From: Eubacterium sp.
GTDB lineage: Bacteria; Bacillota; Clostridia; Lachnospirales; Lachnospiraceae
Length of the DNA: 64,000 nt
NCBI GenBank assembly: GCA_017459945.1
Contig: JAFUBZ010000017.1
Coordinates: 23,258 to 87,257 of the forward strand
Direction of reading: 5' to 3'
The position numbers were made by a program, and so were the translations under genes. Below, piece by piece: positions 10,127 to 19,845 of the stretch. The notes under the pieces are model-generated. The model saw only the letters and a program-made list of their open reading frames with translations. It was not told where the DNA came from and did not search any database. Each line of letters starts with the position of its first letter. Position 1 is the stretch's first letter.

Positions 10127-10777
10127 TTAGAGAAGCAGCGCTGAGAGTTCGCCCGGCGTTTTGACCAGCACGGAGGCGCCCTGTTCAATCAAAAAGTTCC
10201 GGTCGCGGAAGCCCCATTCGACGATGATCGCATCGATGTCGGCGTTTTTGGCAGTCCGGATATCCACTTCGGAATCGCCGATGTAGACGACAGATTCTTT
10301 GGAAACGCCTGACAGGCGGATGACTTCATTGACAGAATCCGGCTCCGGCTTTCTGCGGACGCCTTCTTTTTCGCCGACTGCGATGTCGATCAGCCCGGGG
10401 AAATAATGCCGGCATAAGTCCTGAACGGCATAGTCCACTTTGTTAGAGACGACAGCGACATGATGGCCGTTTTCGTGCAGCTGTTTCATCAATCCCGGGA
10501 TGCCTTCATAGGGACGGGTATGGTCAGCGCTGTGGTCTTTATAATGATCTGTAAAGTCAGTATGTACCTGACGGATCATTTTCTCATCGGCGTCAGCCGG
10601 AACGGCGCGCCGGATCAGCATGCCGATCCCGTTTCCGACAAAAGACCGCACTTCTTCAAGGCTCCGTTCCGAGAGCTTATTTTTTTGCAATGCGACATTC
10701 AGACTGACCATCAGGTCTTCTAATGTGTCGAGAATGGTGCCGTCGAGGTCAAAAATGATAAGCTGATAGTGTTTCAT
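10127..10777 (-). CDS. HAD-family hydrolase (phosphoglycolate phosphatase-like)
   Basis: FDLDGT, VVSNK, RKPEP, YIGDSEVD. Confidence 0.88.
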   Translation of the reverse strand: MKHYQLIIFDLDGTILDTLEDLMVSLNVALQKNKLSERSLEEVRSFVGNGIGMLIRRAVPADADEKMIRQVHTDFTDHYKDHSADHTRPYEGIPGLMKQLHENGHHVAVVSNKVDYAVQDLCRHYFPGLIDIAVGEKEGVRRKPEPDSVNEVIRLSGVSKESVVYIGDSEVDIRTAKNADIDAIIVEWGFRDRNFLIEQGASVLVKTPGELSALLL

Positions 10778-10778
10778 A

Positions 10779-12245
10779 TTAAGCGTTCTCCCTGTATTCA
10801 TATGACAGCATCAGGTGCAGTCTGGTTTCGTAGTCTTCCAGATCCAGACCGCAGTATTCCTGGATGAAATTGATCTTTCGAATCAGTGAATTGCGGTGCA
10901 TGCCAATGACATGTGCCGCTTTTGTCTGGTTACAGTTGTTTTTCAAAAAAGCATACAGGACTTTATAATGGTCGGTTCTGTGTGCGTCATCATATTCAAT
11001 CAGTTGTAAAAGCGCCGGATGACAAAGCTCCAGCTTCATATTTTTCTGCAGCACGGAAAAGACATAGGGCAGTACAAAATCATGACAGGCATAGATCTGG
11101 CCCGGAATGGCCTGCCCGTTGATCATGGCGATCTTTGCCAGTTCAAACTGGTCTTTTAAGTCGGCGAGATTGGTAAAGACGTTGCTGCTCCCGCCATAAT
11201 ATCCGCTGTTTTTTAAAAGCGGTGTAAACGTATAGGAAACGAAGTTGCGTGTCTGACTGTCTTCGTTTAGAAGAACAAGGATCAGGTTTTCATTTGTGAT
11301 CGCGTAAACCGTTTCCGGATGCTGGTTCAGGATCCTGGTAATATGCTGGTTCATATTGACCAGATTTGAAATGCAGGAAAATACATAGAGGCGTTTTGAG
11401 GCATCTTTTTCCCATCCAAGTGCATTCAGTGCGTCTTCCATCCGTTGTTTTTCTGAGACATCCCCTTCCAGAAGTCCTGTAAAGAGCGATTTTTTCGTGA
11501 TCAGTTCGGTCGTGTCGGCATAAAGATCAAACCATGAAAAGACCGACTCGCACACGATCTCATACCAGTCCTTTTCATCCTGCTCTAAAGAACTGCCTTT
11601 GATGATGATCGAAATAAAGCCGACAAACTCATTTTCAAGGAAAATGTTCCGGTTAAAGCTTGGGAAAGGGAAGGGGTTTGCAGGAATCAGATAGGCGTCC
11701 TTGCGCTGCGTTTCCGCCTGATGCAGGCGATTGTATTCCTCGATCATATCCAGACCGAACGAACCTGTGTCAAGCATCCGGTCCCAGCGCTCGTCGATCG
11801 TCCCTTTGCCATAGTTTTCGGATGAAGCAAGTACGATCTGGCTGGCATCCAATACCATCAGCGGACGTGTCAGTACCTCGGAGAAATGGTTTAATACATC
11901 TTTTAAAAGACAGTGTCCGGAGATCATGGTTCCGAGCGCGAAATACCACGACTGCATTTTGTCAAAATAATTCAGGATATGGTTGAAGACCCGGTAGATG
12001 TCATTGGTCTGCAGCAGGATGTAATTGCTGTTGTGATAACAGATGATCCGTGAGGACTGTCCGGGGAAAAACTGCGTGCTCTCAGCGACATACAGGATCT
12101 TCTCGGACATAGGTACATTCGGGGTATCGCTCTCCGAGGCGTAAAGGCGCACCGTTTCAATGGTACGCAGTTCTTCGGACTGGATATAGATGACCGGATC
12201 GAACGGTTCTAATATTTTCATGAGCATCCAGAGCGTAAATTTCAT
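10779..12245 (-). CDS. PucR/CdaR-family transcriptional regulator
   Basis: C-terminal HTH NQTKAAHVIGMHRNSLIRKI..LDLED..RLHL; divergent from oxidoreductase genes. Confidence 0.8.
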   Translation of the reverse strand: MKFTLWMLMKILEPFDPVIYIQSEELRTIETVRLYASESDTPNVPMSEKILYVAESTQFFPGQSSRIICYHNSNYILLQTNDIYRVFNHILNYFDKMQSWYFALGTMISGHCLLKDVLNHFSEVLTRPLMVLDASQIVLASSENYGKGTIDERWDRMLDTGSFGLDMIEEYNRLHQAETQRKDAYLIPANPFPFPSFNRNIFLENEFVGFISIIIKGSSLEQDEKDWYEIVCESVFSWFDLYADTTELITKKSLFTGLLEGDVSEKQRMEDALNALGWEKDASKRLYVFSCISNLVNMNQHITRILNQHPETVYAITNENLILVLLNEDSQTRNFVSYTFTPLLKNSGYYGGSSNVFTNLADLKDQFELAKIAMINGQAIPGQIYACHDFVLPYVFSVLQKNMKLELCHPALLQLIEYDDAHRTDHYKVLYAFLKNNCNQTKAAHVIGMHRNSLIRKINFIQEYCGLDLEDYETRLHLMLSYEYRENA

Positions 12246-12456
12246 AAAGGATTCCTCTCGATTTTCACATCACGGTTTGCTTGATCGGTATTATTACGAT
12301 TAGAGATCGAACAAATTGCACCAGTGTTTATTAAAATATACATAATAATACAACAAAATGCAACTGGAAGGGACTTCGGGCGGAAGGTAAAATAGAATCA
12401 TATCAAGGGATTCATTATGACAATAGAATGATGTAAGATTTAGAGGAGGAATTCGA

Positions 12457-13401
12457 ATGGCATTTCAGGTGATGGGAGTTACTGCCGGAAGAAAAAACAG
12501 CAATTCTGAAATTTTGTTAAAAGAAGCTTTACTGGCTTGCCAGGAGCAGGGTGCAGAGGTCACAATGATCAATTTAAAAGACTATGAGATCATTGACTGC
12601 AACGGATGCACATCCTGCACAATGGGAATGTCCATGGGGAAACACACAGGATGTTCTTTAGACAATGCGGATGACAAGAAAAAGATTATGGACGTGATGC
12701 TCAACCAGGATGCGGTGATCTTTTCCGCACCGACCTATGATCTGATGCCGTCTTCCCTGTTTTTAAAATTCATGCACAGAAATCTGGCATACGAGTCAGC
12801 TTTCCTGACCAAGATCGGCGCGATCGAGCCGAGAGACCGTGTAGGAGCGCTGATCGCTGTCGGCGGATCCACAAGATCCTGGCAGTCCATGGCACTTGAG
12901 TGCATGCAGGCAACGACATTTACCAACAGCTTCAAAATCGTTGACATGTATATGGCAACACAGGTTCCGGCACCGGCACAGGTTCTTTTATATGAAGAGA
13001 AAGTAGCCCGTGCAAGAGAGATGGGCGAAAATGTGATGAAAGCCCTGAACACACCGGTCGAGGAACGCAAATGGCTGGGCGATCCGGATTACGGATGGTG
13101 CCCGAACTGCCACAGCAATTCCCTTTGCCTTGGTGAGCCGCAGTGGAAGGGGCTGCAGTATCCGATCGAGTGTACCGTTTGCGGTGCAGGCGGAGATCTG
13201 GAGAAAACACCGGACGGCAAGTGGAAATTCGTGATCGCGAAAAACGGATTGGAGCGTGACCGTACAACGGAAGAAGGCCGCGGTATCCACTGCGATGAGA
13301 TTGCAGAGACACAGGGCGGATTCTTTATGGACAAGAGCAAGCGCGATCTTGTTGCAGAGCGCGTGAAGAAATACAAAGAGATTCAATTTCCGGGAATTTA
13401 A
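12457..13401 (+). CDS. Flavodoxin-fold FMN-dependent reductase with Cys-rich metal sites
   Basis: GRKNSNSE FMN loop, CNGCTSC, SAPTY, C-terminal CPNC and CTVCG; ggagg RBS. Confidence 0.75.
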   Translation: MAFQVMGVTAGRKNSNSEILLKEALLACQEQGAEVTMINLKDYEIIDCNGCTSCTMGMSMGKHTGCSLDNADDKKKIMDVMLNQDAVIFSAPTYDLMPSSLFLKFMHRNLAYESAFLTKIGAIEPRDRVGALIAVGGSTRSWQSMALECMQATTFTNSFKIVDMYMATQVPAPAQVLLYEEKVARAREMGENVMKALNTPVEERKWLGDPDYGWCPNCHSNSLCLGEPQWKGLQYPIECTVCGAGGDLEKTPDGKWKFVIAKNGLERDRTTEEGRGIHCDEIAETQGGFFMDKSKRDLVAERVKKYKEIQFPGI

Positions 13402-13413
13402 AATAAACGAGGA

Positions 13414-13440
13414 GGAGACACAGAACCGTCCCCTGTCTCC
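13414..13440. repeat. REP-like palindromic element, family A (copy 1)
   Basis: ggagacacagaaccgtcccctgtctcc; reverse complement occurs at 37146-37172 with 2 mismatches. Confidence 0.75.
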
Positions 13441-13459
13441 ATGAAAAAAAGGAGGTTTC

Positions 13460-15496
13460 ATGATGAAGTTTGAGCATTTGTTAAGTCCGATGAAGGTTGG
13501 AAACAAGACGTATCGTAACCGTATCGTCAGCGCACCGATGGCATTTGGCCTGATCGTGCAGAATCCGGATGCGAGAGATTTTACTTATCGTAAGCTTGAG
13601 AGCGGCGCTGCAGGCGGTAACGGCTGCGTGATCGTTGGTGAGACGGACGTTAACTTTAAAGACGCAGTCCGTATCCCGGGATTCAGAGAGTTTGATTTTG
13701 CAAAGCCGGAAGAAGATATGGATACATTCAATGCGGTTTCCGAGTATGCGACCCGCATCAAGCGTCATGGCGCGATCGCGCTGGCTGAGCTGGTTCACTG
13801 CGGAAAAGAAAAAGTACCGTTCACACCGGAGCAGGAAGCGATCGGCCCGGTTGAGTGTGTGAACTCTGCAGGCGTACATGTTCGCGCAATGAACAAAGAC
13901 GATATGGACCGCATCGCAAATGATTTTGCGGTTGCAGCAACCTATATGCAGAAATGCGGTTTCGACGGCATCCTGATCCATGGCGGACATGGTTTCCTCT
14001 TTACACAGTACTTAAGCCCGCTGATGAACACCAGAACCGATGAGTATGGCGGATCTTTAGAGAACCGTGCGAAATTCCCAATTCAGATTATCAAAGCGAT
14101 CCGTGAAGCAGTCGGACCGGATTTCCTGATCGAGCTTCGTATCGACGGAACAGATCATCAGCCGAACGGCATCACACCGGAAGAGACCGGACAGTTTATC
14201 CAGTGGGTTGAGGATTACATCACATCCGTACATGTAACTTGCGGTATCTATGAAGAGTCCGTAAAATCCGGTACAGAGAGCTCCATGTTCCATGAGCACG
14301 GACTGAACATCGAGCCGGCTTCCATCGTAAAGAAATATACCAAGCTTCCGGTTGGCGCTGTTGGCGGTATCAACTCTCCGGAGCAGTGCGATCAGGCGAT
14401 CGCTGAAGGCAAGATCGACTTTGCGATCCTCGGCCGTCAGATGCTTGCAGATCCGCAGTTTGCAAACAAATGTATCGCAGGAGAAGAGGACTGCATCCGC
14501 AGATGCCTGCGCTGCTATCTTTGCTTCCCGGGTTCACCGGAGGAAGGTTATGATGACCTGCCGTTTACCAGCGAAGAGCTTGCACTGTATGTAGGCCACT
14601 GCCGCATCAATCCGCTTGCACATCTTCCGTTCGATCCTGAGACCCTTCCGGATCCGCTTAGAAGTGAAAAAGTCCTGATCATCGGCGGCGGCGCTGCAGG
14701 TATGCAGGCAGCGATCACGGCATTCGACCGTGGTCATAAAGTAACACTGGTAGACAAAGCAGATAAGCTTGGCGGACTGCTTTACTTTACAGATGTCGAC
14801 ATCGACAAACCGGACCTTAGAAACTTCAAGAACGTTCTGATCAGAGAAGTGGAAAAGAGAGACATCGATGTTCGCCTGAATACCGAAGCAACACCGGATT
14901 TCGTAAAAGAATTCGGCGCAGACGTTGTCATGATCGCAACCGGTTCCCTTCCGTCCTGCCCGCCGATCAAGGGCATCGAGCATGCACATCAGGCTATGGA
15001 AGTCTATGACGGCACATTCAAGCCGGGCAAGAAGATCGTTATGATCGGTGGCGGCCTGGTTGGCTGCGAGACAGGTCTGTACCTGCAGAAGATCGGTCAT
15101 GAAGTGACCGTCGTAGAAATGCTTGACCGCATCGCAAACGAGTCCTTCGGTATGTATCGTGAAGCGCTTGTTTGGGAAATGGAAAAATTCGGCATGAAGT
15201 CTATGGCAAAGACAAAATGTCTGGAGATCGAGCCGGATGGCGTAACCGTAGAAAATGCAGATGGCGTACAGAAGCTCGAAGCAGATACTGTTCTGTTCGC
15301 ACTCGGTATGAAGACGGTGCCGTTCGATGATCTGAAAGCTGCAGCAGGTGATGCTAAGGTCTTCATCCTCGGCGATTCCATCCGTCCGGGACAGGTAGAT
15401 CAGTGTACCAGATCTGCTTATCTGGCAGCAGTAGACATCGCGCGTCCGGAAGAGTTCCCGACACACGAGTACAGAGGGATCATTGATCCGGAGTAA
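13460..15496 (+). CDS. NADH:flavin oxidoreductase, OYE TIM barrel + Fe-S + FAD domain (2,4-dienoyl-CoA reductase/BaiCD-like family)
   Basis: RNRIVSAPM, HGGHGF, RTDEYGGSLENRAKF, CLRCYLC..C, two GxGxxG Rossmann motifs. Confidence 0.88.
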   Translation: MMKFEHLLSPMKVGNKTYRNRIVSAPMAFGLIVQNPDARDFTYRKLESGAAGGNGCVIVGETDVNFKDAVRIPGFREFDFAKPEEDMDTFNAVSEYATRIKRHGAIALAELVHCGKEKVPFTPEQEAIGPVECVNSAGVHVRAMNKDDMDRIANDFAVAATYMQKCGFDGILIHGGHGFLFTQYLSPLMNTRTDEYGGSLENRAKFPIQIIKAIREAVGPDFLIELRIDGTDHQPNGITPEETGQFIQWVEDYITSVHVTCGIYEESVKSGTESSMFHEHGLNIEPASIVKKYTKLPVGAVGGINSPEQCDQAIAEGKIDFAILGRQMLADPQFANKCIAGEEDCIRRCLRCYLCFPGSPEEGYDDLPFTSEELALYVGHCRINPLAHLPFDPETLPDPLRSEKVLIIGGGAAGMQAAITAFDRGHKVTLVDKADKLGGLLYFTDVDIDKPDLRNFKNVLIREVEKRDIDVRLNTEATPDFVKEFGADVVMIATGSLPSCPPIKGIEHAHQAMEVYDGTFKPGKKIVMIGGGLVGCETGLYLQKIGHEVTVVEMLDRIANESFGMYREALVWEMEKFGMKSMAKTKCLEIEPDGVTVENADGVQKLEADTVLFALGMKTVPFDDLKAAAGDAKVFILGDSIRPGQVDQCTRSAYLAAVDIARPEEFPTHEYRGIIDPE

Positions 15497-15528
15497 TCGC
15501 ATAAGCTAAGAACCGAGTGCAGACAAAT

Positions 15529-15571
15529 AAAAACCGGCTTTTGGGAGTTTGTTCCTGAAAGCCGGTTTTTT
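15529..15571 (+). terminator. Intrinsic terminator
   Basis: aaaaaccggcttt..aaagccggtttttt hairpin with T-tract. Confidence 0.8.
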
Positions 15572-15727
15572 GCATTTTACCCACAACAAACGGTTGTGAA
15601 CTTATTTTCGAAAAACTGCTGACAAAAAGAAGAATGATTATTAAAATGTAAGTGTTCCGTTAAATTGTGGCACAAAAGTTTGCGAGTGCCATATTTGTTC
15701 TGAAAATTCAAACACAAGGAGGTTACG

Positions 15728-16681
15728 ATGAAAGGATGGGAATTTACAGGTACCAATATTCCGCTTAAAATGGTGGAGAAACCGGATCCGACTGCAAAAC
15801 CGGGTTATGTTGTGATCAAGACGCTTGCGGGCGGTCTGTGTCATTCTGATGTCGGCGCGTTGGAGCTTGAGAGCTGGATGCCGCTGTTTCAGGTTCCGGT
15901 TATCATGGGACACGAGTGCTGCGGCCGGATCGTAGAGATCGGTGAAGGCGTCGAAGGATACGAGATCGGGGATATTGTTGCTGTATGTCCCATGGACGCC
16001 AAGGATGGAACGACGCCGGGATATACACGGGACGGCGGTTATGGCACGATGACAACTGCTCCCGTAGAGCAGCTGATCAAGGTTCCGGAAGGTGTAACAC
16101 CGGCGCAGGCGGCAGCCGCTACAGATGCAGGTATGACTTCACGCCATGCAGTTGTTGTAAACGGCGGGATCCAGCCGGGCATGAAAGTCGGCATCATTGG
16201 AATCGGCGGTCTTGGCCAGATTGGTATGAGAATTGCCGTTCTCAAGGGCTGTGATGTATATGTTGCAACCAGAAAACCGGAGGCGCAGGAGCTTGCACGC
16301 AGTCTGGGCGCAAAAGAAGTCAAGGCAAACATCAAGGAATTCGCAGATGTCGGACTGGATGTGATCGTTGACTACGCAGGCGGCGGTGTGACGACTGCGG
16401 ATGCGATCGATACCGTAAAATACGGCGGCAGGGTTGTCCTGGTCGGTATGGCTAAAGATGTTTCTGAGATTCACACATACTCCCTGATCACAAAGCATGT
16501 GACTTTGGTCGGATCAGTCGGCGGTCATGTGGAAGATATTGAGGATTGCTTAAGATACATGGCAACCGGTGAACTGGATCCGATCGTCGAGACCATTCGT
16601 TTTGAAGAGATCGGCGAAGGGATTGACCGGCTTGCACACGGCAGTGTAAAAGGACGTCTGGTTGCTCTTTATGATGACTAA
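15728..16681 (+). CDS. Zinc-dependent alcohol dehydrogenase (MDR family, lacking structural-Zn loop)
   Basis: LCHSD, GHE, GIGGLG; no CxxCxxC structural Zn lobe. Confidence 0.85.
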   Translation: MKGWEFTGTNIPLKMVEKPDPTAKPGYVVIKTLAGGLCHSDVGALELESWMPLFQVPVIMGHECCGRIVEIGEGVEGYEIGDIVAVCPMDAKDGTTPGYTRDGGYGTMTTAPVEQLIKVPEGVTPAQAAAATDAGMTSRHAVVVNGGIQPGMKVGIIGIGGLGQIGMRIAVLKGCDVYVATRKPEAQELARSLGAKEVKANIKEFADVGLDVIVDYAGGGVTTADAIDTVKYGGRVVLVGMAKDVSEIHTYSLITKHVTLVGSVGGHVEDIEDCLRYMATGELDPIVETIRFEEIGEGIDRLAHGSVKGRLVALYDD

Positions 16682-17609
16682 GATAAAAAGCTTTCTGGTT
16701 TCCGGATTTATGGATGCCGGAAAAACCACTTATATACAGGATACCATATGTCAGGGTTTCTTTCATAAGCGCGGCAGTTCACTGATTCTCTCCTTCGAAG
16801 ACGGAGAGACCGCTTATGATATTGAAAAACTACGGGAGTTTCGGACGGAAGTGGTATTTTATCAGGGCAAAGGCAGTGAAGATATCACTGCCTTCTGTCT
16901 TTCTGCGATTGAGGCCTTTCAGCCTGACCGGATTTATATAGAAGATAATATCCTGATGGAGAATCTGCAGGACAGTTTCCCGCCCTGTATGCATATCGTC
17001 AGTAAAACGACATTGATTGACGGGACGACACTCTCTGTTTATTTCAATAACATGCGGCAGATCATGCAAAACAGCGTGAAAAATGCCGGCCTTGTCATTT
17101 TTAACAGAGTGCCTGAAAGAGACCTTCTCAAACCTTACGGCAGTATCTTTCCGGTCATGGAAAGAAATGCTGCCTTTCTCTGGGAAAGTCCGATGGGGTA
17201 TCACGAGAAAGCGTTTGGCAATATCCTGACCTTTGATTTTTCTGCAAATCCGATTGAAATCGGTGATCAGGATTTCCTGTCCTTTTTTCTGGATATTACA
17301 GAAGATCCGGATAAATATGACGGCAAAGAAGTCAATCTGATTGGCCAGATCAGGTGTGAAGGTACAGACAGCCTTCGGGTCGGCAGGACGGTTATGACTT
17401 GCTGTATGGCGGACCTTTCTTTTTTAAGCCTTGCCTGTCTGGGCAGAGAAAAGATGGAGTTGGCCGGCTTTTCAGATCATTCCTGGATCAGACTCCATGC
17501 AACCTGCAAAAGCGGATTTGATGAATACAGGCGAAAAGTAACCATACTTGATCCCATTTCTTTTGCTCCGGCCAGGGTGGATCAGCAGATCATAGGGTTT
17601 CCTTCCTAA
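16671..17609 (+). CDS. CobW-like GTPase / TIGR03943-type protein
   Basis: SGFMDAGKTT P-loop, VIFNR, C-terminal MTCCMAD; overlaps ADH stop. Confidence 0.65.
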   Translation: MMTKIKSFLVSGFMDAGKTTYIQDTICQGFFHKRGSSLILSFEDGETAYDIEKLREFRTEVVFYQGKGSEDITAFCLSAIEAFQPDRIYIEDNILMENLQDSFPPCMHIVSKTTLIDGTTLSVYFNNMRQIMQNSVKNAGLVIFNRVPERDLLKPYGSIFPVMERNAAFLWESPMGYHEKAFGNILTFDFSANPIEIGDQDFLSFFLDITEDPDKYDGKEVNLIGQIRCEGTDSLRVGRTVMTCCMADLSFLSLACLGREKMELAGFSDHSWIRLHATCKSGFDEYRRKVTILDPISFAPARVDQQIIGFPS

Positions 17610-17632
17610 TGACTGTCCCGGATTTTCCGGGA

Positions 17633-18946
17633 TCACTCAGACTTCCGGTCGATATAATCGGTCCGGAATTTTGAATAGGCGAACCGCTGGCTTTTATACA
17701 GTCCGTAATAACCGGAGAGTGTATAACTGATCGCGATTGCCAGAAGATAATAAGGCATGCCTTCAAATCCAAACAGCTCGAAGCATATCAGCAATGATGT
17801 GATCGGGCTGTTTGTCACTCCACAGAAAACTGCGCCGAGACCGACGGCAGCGCAAAGCGTCGGTGAAAGACCGGAAAGACTGCCAAACAGATTGCCAAAC
17901 GTCGCACCGATCACAAATGACGGTACGATCTCGCCACCTTTGAATCCGAAGGCCAAGGTGATGATGGTCAGAATCATTTTAAAAACAAAAGCATAGGACG
18001 GAACGCCGCCGGAAAAACTCTCCTGGAGCAGTCCGATGGAGAGACCGTTGTAATCCTGTGTGCCATATAAAAGGGTGACGGCGATGACGAGTCCGCCGCC
18101 GATCACATTTCGAAGGAACGGGTTTTTGCAAAAATAGTTAACTGCCTGGGTGGTGCGGTGCATCATAAAGCAGAAGATGACGCTGATGACGGCGCAAAGG
18201 ATCGCAAGCAGCGCGATCCAGAGTGCGGATTGCAGTGAAAATGCCGGGATCTGAATGGCCGGCAGGCTGAGGCTCTGATCAAGCAGACGAGATGCGATGC
18301 CGTGCGCAACCAGTGCAGAAATGATACAGGGCAAAAGCGCGGAGTACTGCATGATACCGACGCTGATGACTTCGATCGAAAAAATAGCTGCTGCAAGCGG
18401 TGTGCCAAATACTGCGGAAAAGGCGGCACTCATGCCACACATGATGATGATGTCGCGGTCTTTTTGGGCAAGATGAAGCAGATCGCTGATGGTGGTTGCG
18501 ATGCTTCCGCCAATCTGCAGCGCAGCGCCCTCTCTGCCGGCAGAACCGCCGAAAAGATGCGTGATCACTGTGCAGACAAAGATCAGGGGTGCCATCTGCG
18601 GCGGCAGTTTTTCCTTGGCACGTACAGATTCAAATACGAGGTTGGTACCGGGATCTTTGATATCGCCGATGTGGTAGTATAAAACAGCGATCAGAAGGCC
18701 CGCACCGGGAAGGAGGAAGATCATCCACGGATGCAGTCCGCGGAATGTCGTGGCCATTCCGGTGAGTTTGTAAAACAAAGCGCCGACAAAGCCTAAGATC
18801 ACGCCCAGAAGGATTGCAAAAAGAACCCACTTGATGGTGGACTTTAATTGTCCGGTGTAGTTGAACATATGTCCGCGGGTGGATTGCATAAAGGACTGGG
18901 TTTTTTCTGATATTTCTTGTATTTTCGACTCTTTTTCTTCACTCAT
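17633..18946 (-). CDS. CLC-family chloride/fluoride channel
   Basis: GSAGREGAALQIG, FGTPLAA, GFKGGEIVP motifs. Confidence 0.88.
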   Translation of the reverse strand: MSEEKESKIQEISEKTQSFMQSTRGHMFNYTGQLKSTIKWVLFAILLGVILGFVGALFYKLTGMATTFRGLHPWMIFLLPGAGLLIAVLYYHIGDIKDPGTNLVFESVRAKEKLPPQMAPLIFVCTVITHLFGGSAGREGAALQIGGSIATTISDLLHLAQKDRDIIIMCGMSAAFSAVFGTPLAAAIFSIEVISVGIMQYSALLPCIISALVAHGIASRLLDQSLSLPAIQIPAFSLQSALWIALLAILCAVISVIFCFMMHRTTQAVNYFCKNPFLRNVIGGGLVIAVTLLYGTQDYNGLSIGLLQESFSGGVPSYAFVFKMILTIITLAFGFKGGEIVPSFVIGATFGNLFGSLSGLSPTLCAAVGLGAVFCGVTNSPITSLLICFELFGFEGMPYYLLAIAISYTLSGYYGLYKSQRFAYSKFRTDYIDRKSE

Positions 18947-19170
18947 TTTGATACCTCATGATTGCTGTCGTTACGATTATAGTCAATCCGGTGCAGGATT
19001 TTCAATAGTCTTATGTGTCAAAATCATTTTTTTCGAATGGGTGATGGGCGTGAACGGTTACATTTGAACGGAAAGTATGCTACACTTTTCCCAGAGATGG
19101 AGTTTTTTTACATTGGACTGCTGTTATTTCGGCAGAACCTGTTTTTGGCAATCATAGGAGGGACGTTTTT

Positions 19171-19809
19171 ATGGATCCGAAGAAGGCATTTTATAAAACG
19201 CAGGCAGAAACGATCATCAAAAATCTGAATAAAAGAAGGATGTATGGCTGCTATTGTGAGACGGTAGAGGAAGCCGTGGAAAAGGCACTGTCCTTCGTAA
19301 AGGAAAACGATACGGTTTCGTTTGGCGGGTCGATGACATTGACGGAAAACCAGATCTTAGACCGGCTGAGAGGACGGGAAGACATTAATCTTCTGGATCG
19401 TGGCGCATGTCAGACACCGGAAGAAATAGAGCAGGTTTACCGGGGCGCGTTTTCTTCTGATGTGTATTTTATGAGTACCAATGCGATCACAATCGACGGA
19501 AGACTCGTCAATACGGACGGGACGGGTAACCGCGTGGCGGCCCTGATCTACGGGCCGAAGAGTGTTGTCATTGTGGCAGGCATGAATAAGGTCGCACCGG
19601 ATCTTGAGAGTGCACAGGCGCGTGTGCGGGATATCGCGTCACCGCCGAACTGCATTCGTCTGAACCGGAAAACACCGTGCGCGCTGACTGGGAAATGCGG
19701 CGACTGCCTCGGCGACGATTCGATCTGCAGCCAGAATGTGGTTACAAGAAGAAGCGCGATCGTAGACCGGATCAAGGTTATTTTAGTGGGAGAAGAGCTC
19801 GGGTATTAA
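19171..19809 (+). CDS. LUD-domain (lactate utilization-like) protein
   Basis: FGGSMTL, STNAIT, DGTGNRVAA, C-terminal Cys cluster, GEELGY. Confidence 0.8.
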   Translation: MDPKKAFYKTQAETIIKNLNKRRMYGCYCETVEEAVEKALSFVKENDTVSFGGSMTLTENQILDRLRGREDINLLDRGACQTPEEIEQVYRGAFSSDVYFMSTNAITIDGRLVNTDGTGNRVAALIYGPKSVVIVAGMNKVAPDLESAQARVRDIASPPNCIRLNRKTPCALTGKCGDCLGDDSICSQNVVTRRSAIVDRIKVILVGEELGY

Positions 19810-19845
19810 GAGATCAATTTGGATTCTGACAAGAGGGAAACCAGT

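Noticed and set aside
14534-15502. Long antisense ORF (322 aa), and similar shadow ORFs such as 41451-42302, 31205-31879 and 60345-60998
   Set aside because: They lie opposite well-supported genes, have no recognisable motifs or RBS, and are expected from codon bias.
15594-15611. Rex operator upstream of the ADH
   Set aside because: Only the left half (TTGTGAA) matches; the right half has 3 mismatches.
15668-15691. sigma54 promoter (tggcac..ttgc) upstream of the ADH
   Set aside because: GG-to-GC spacing is 11 nt rather than the required 10; only a short tggcac/gtgcca inverted repeat remains.
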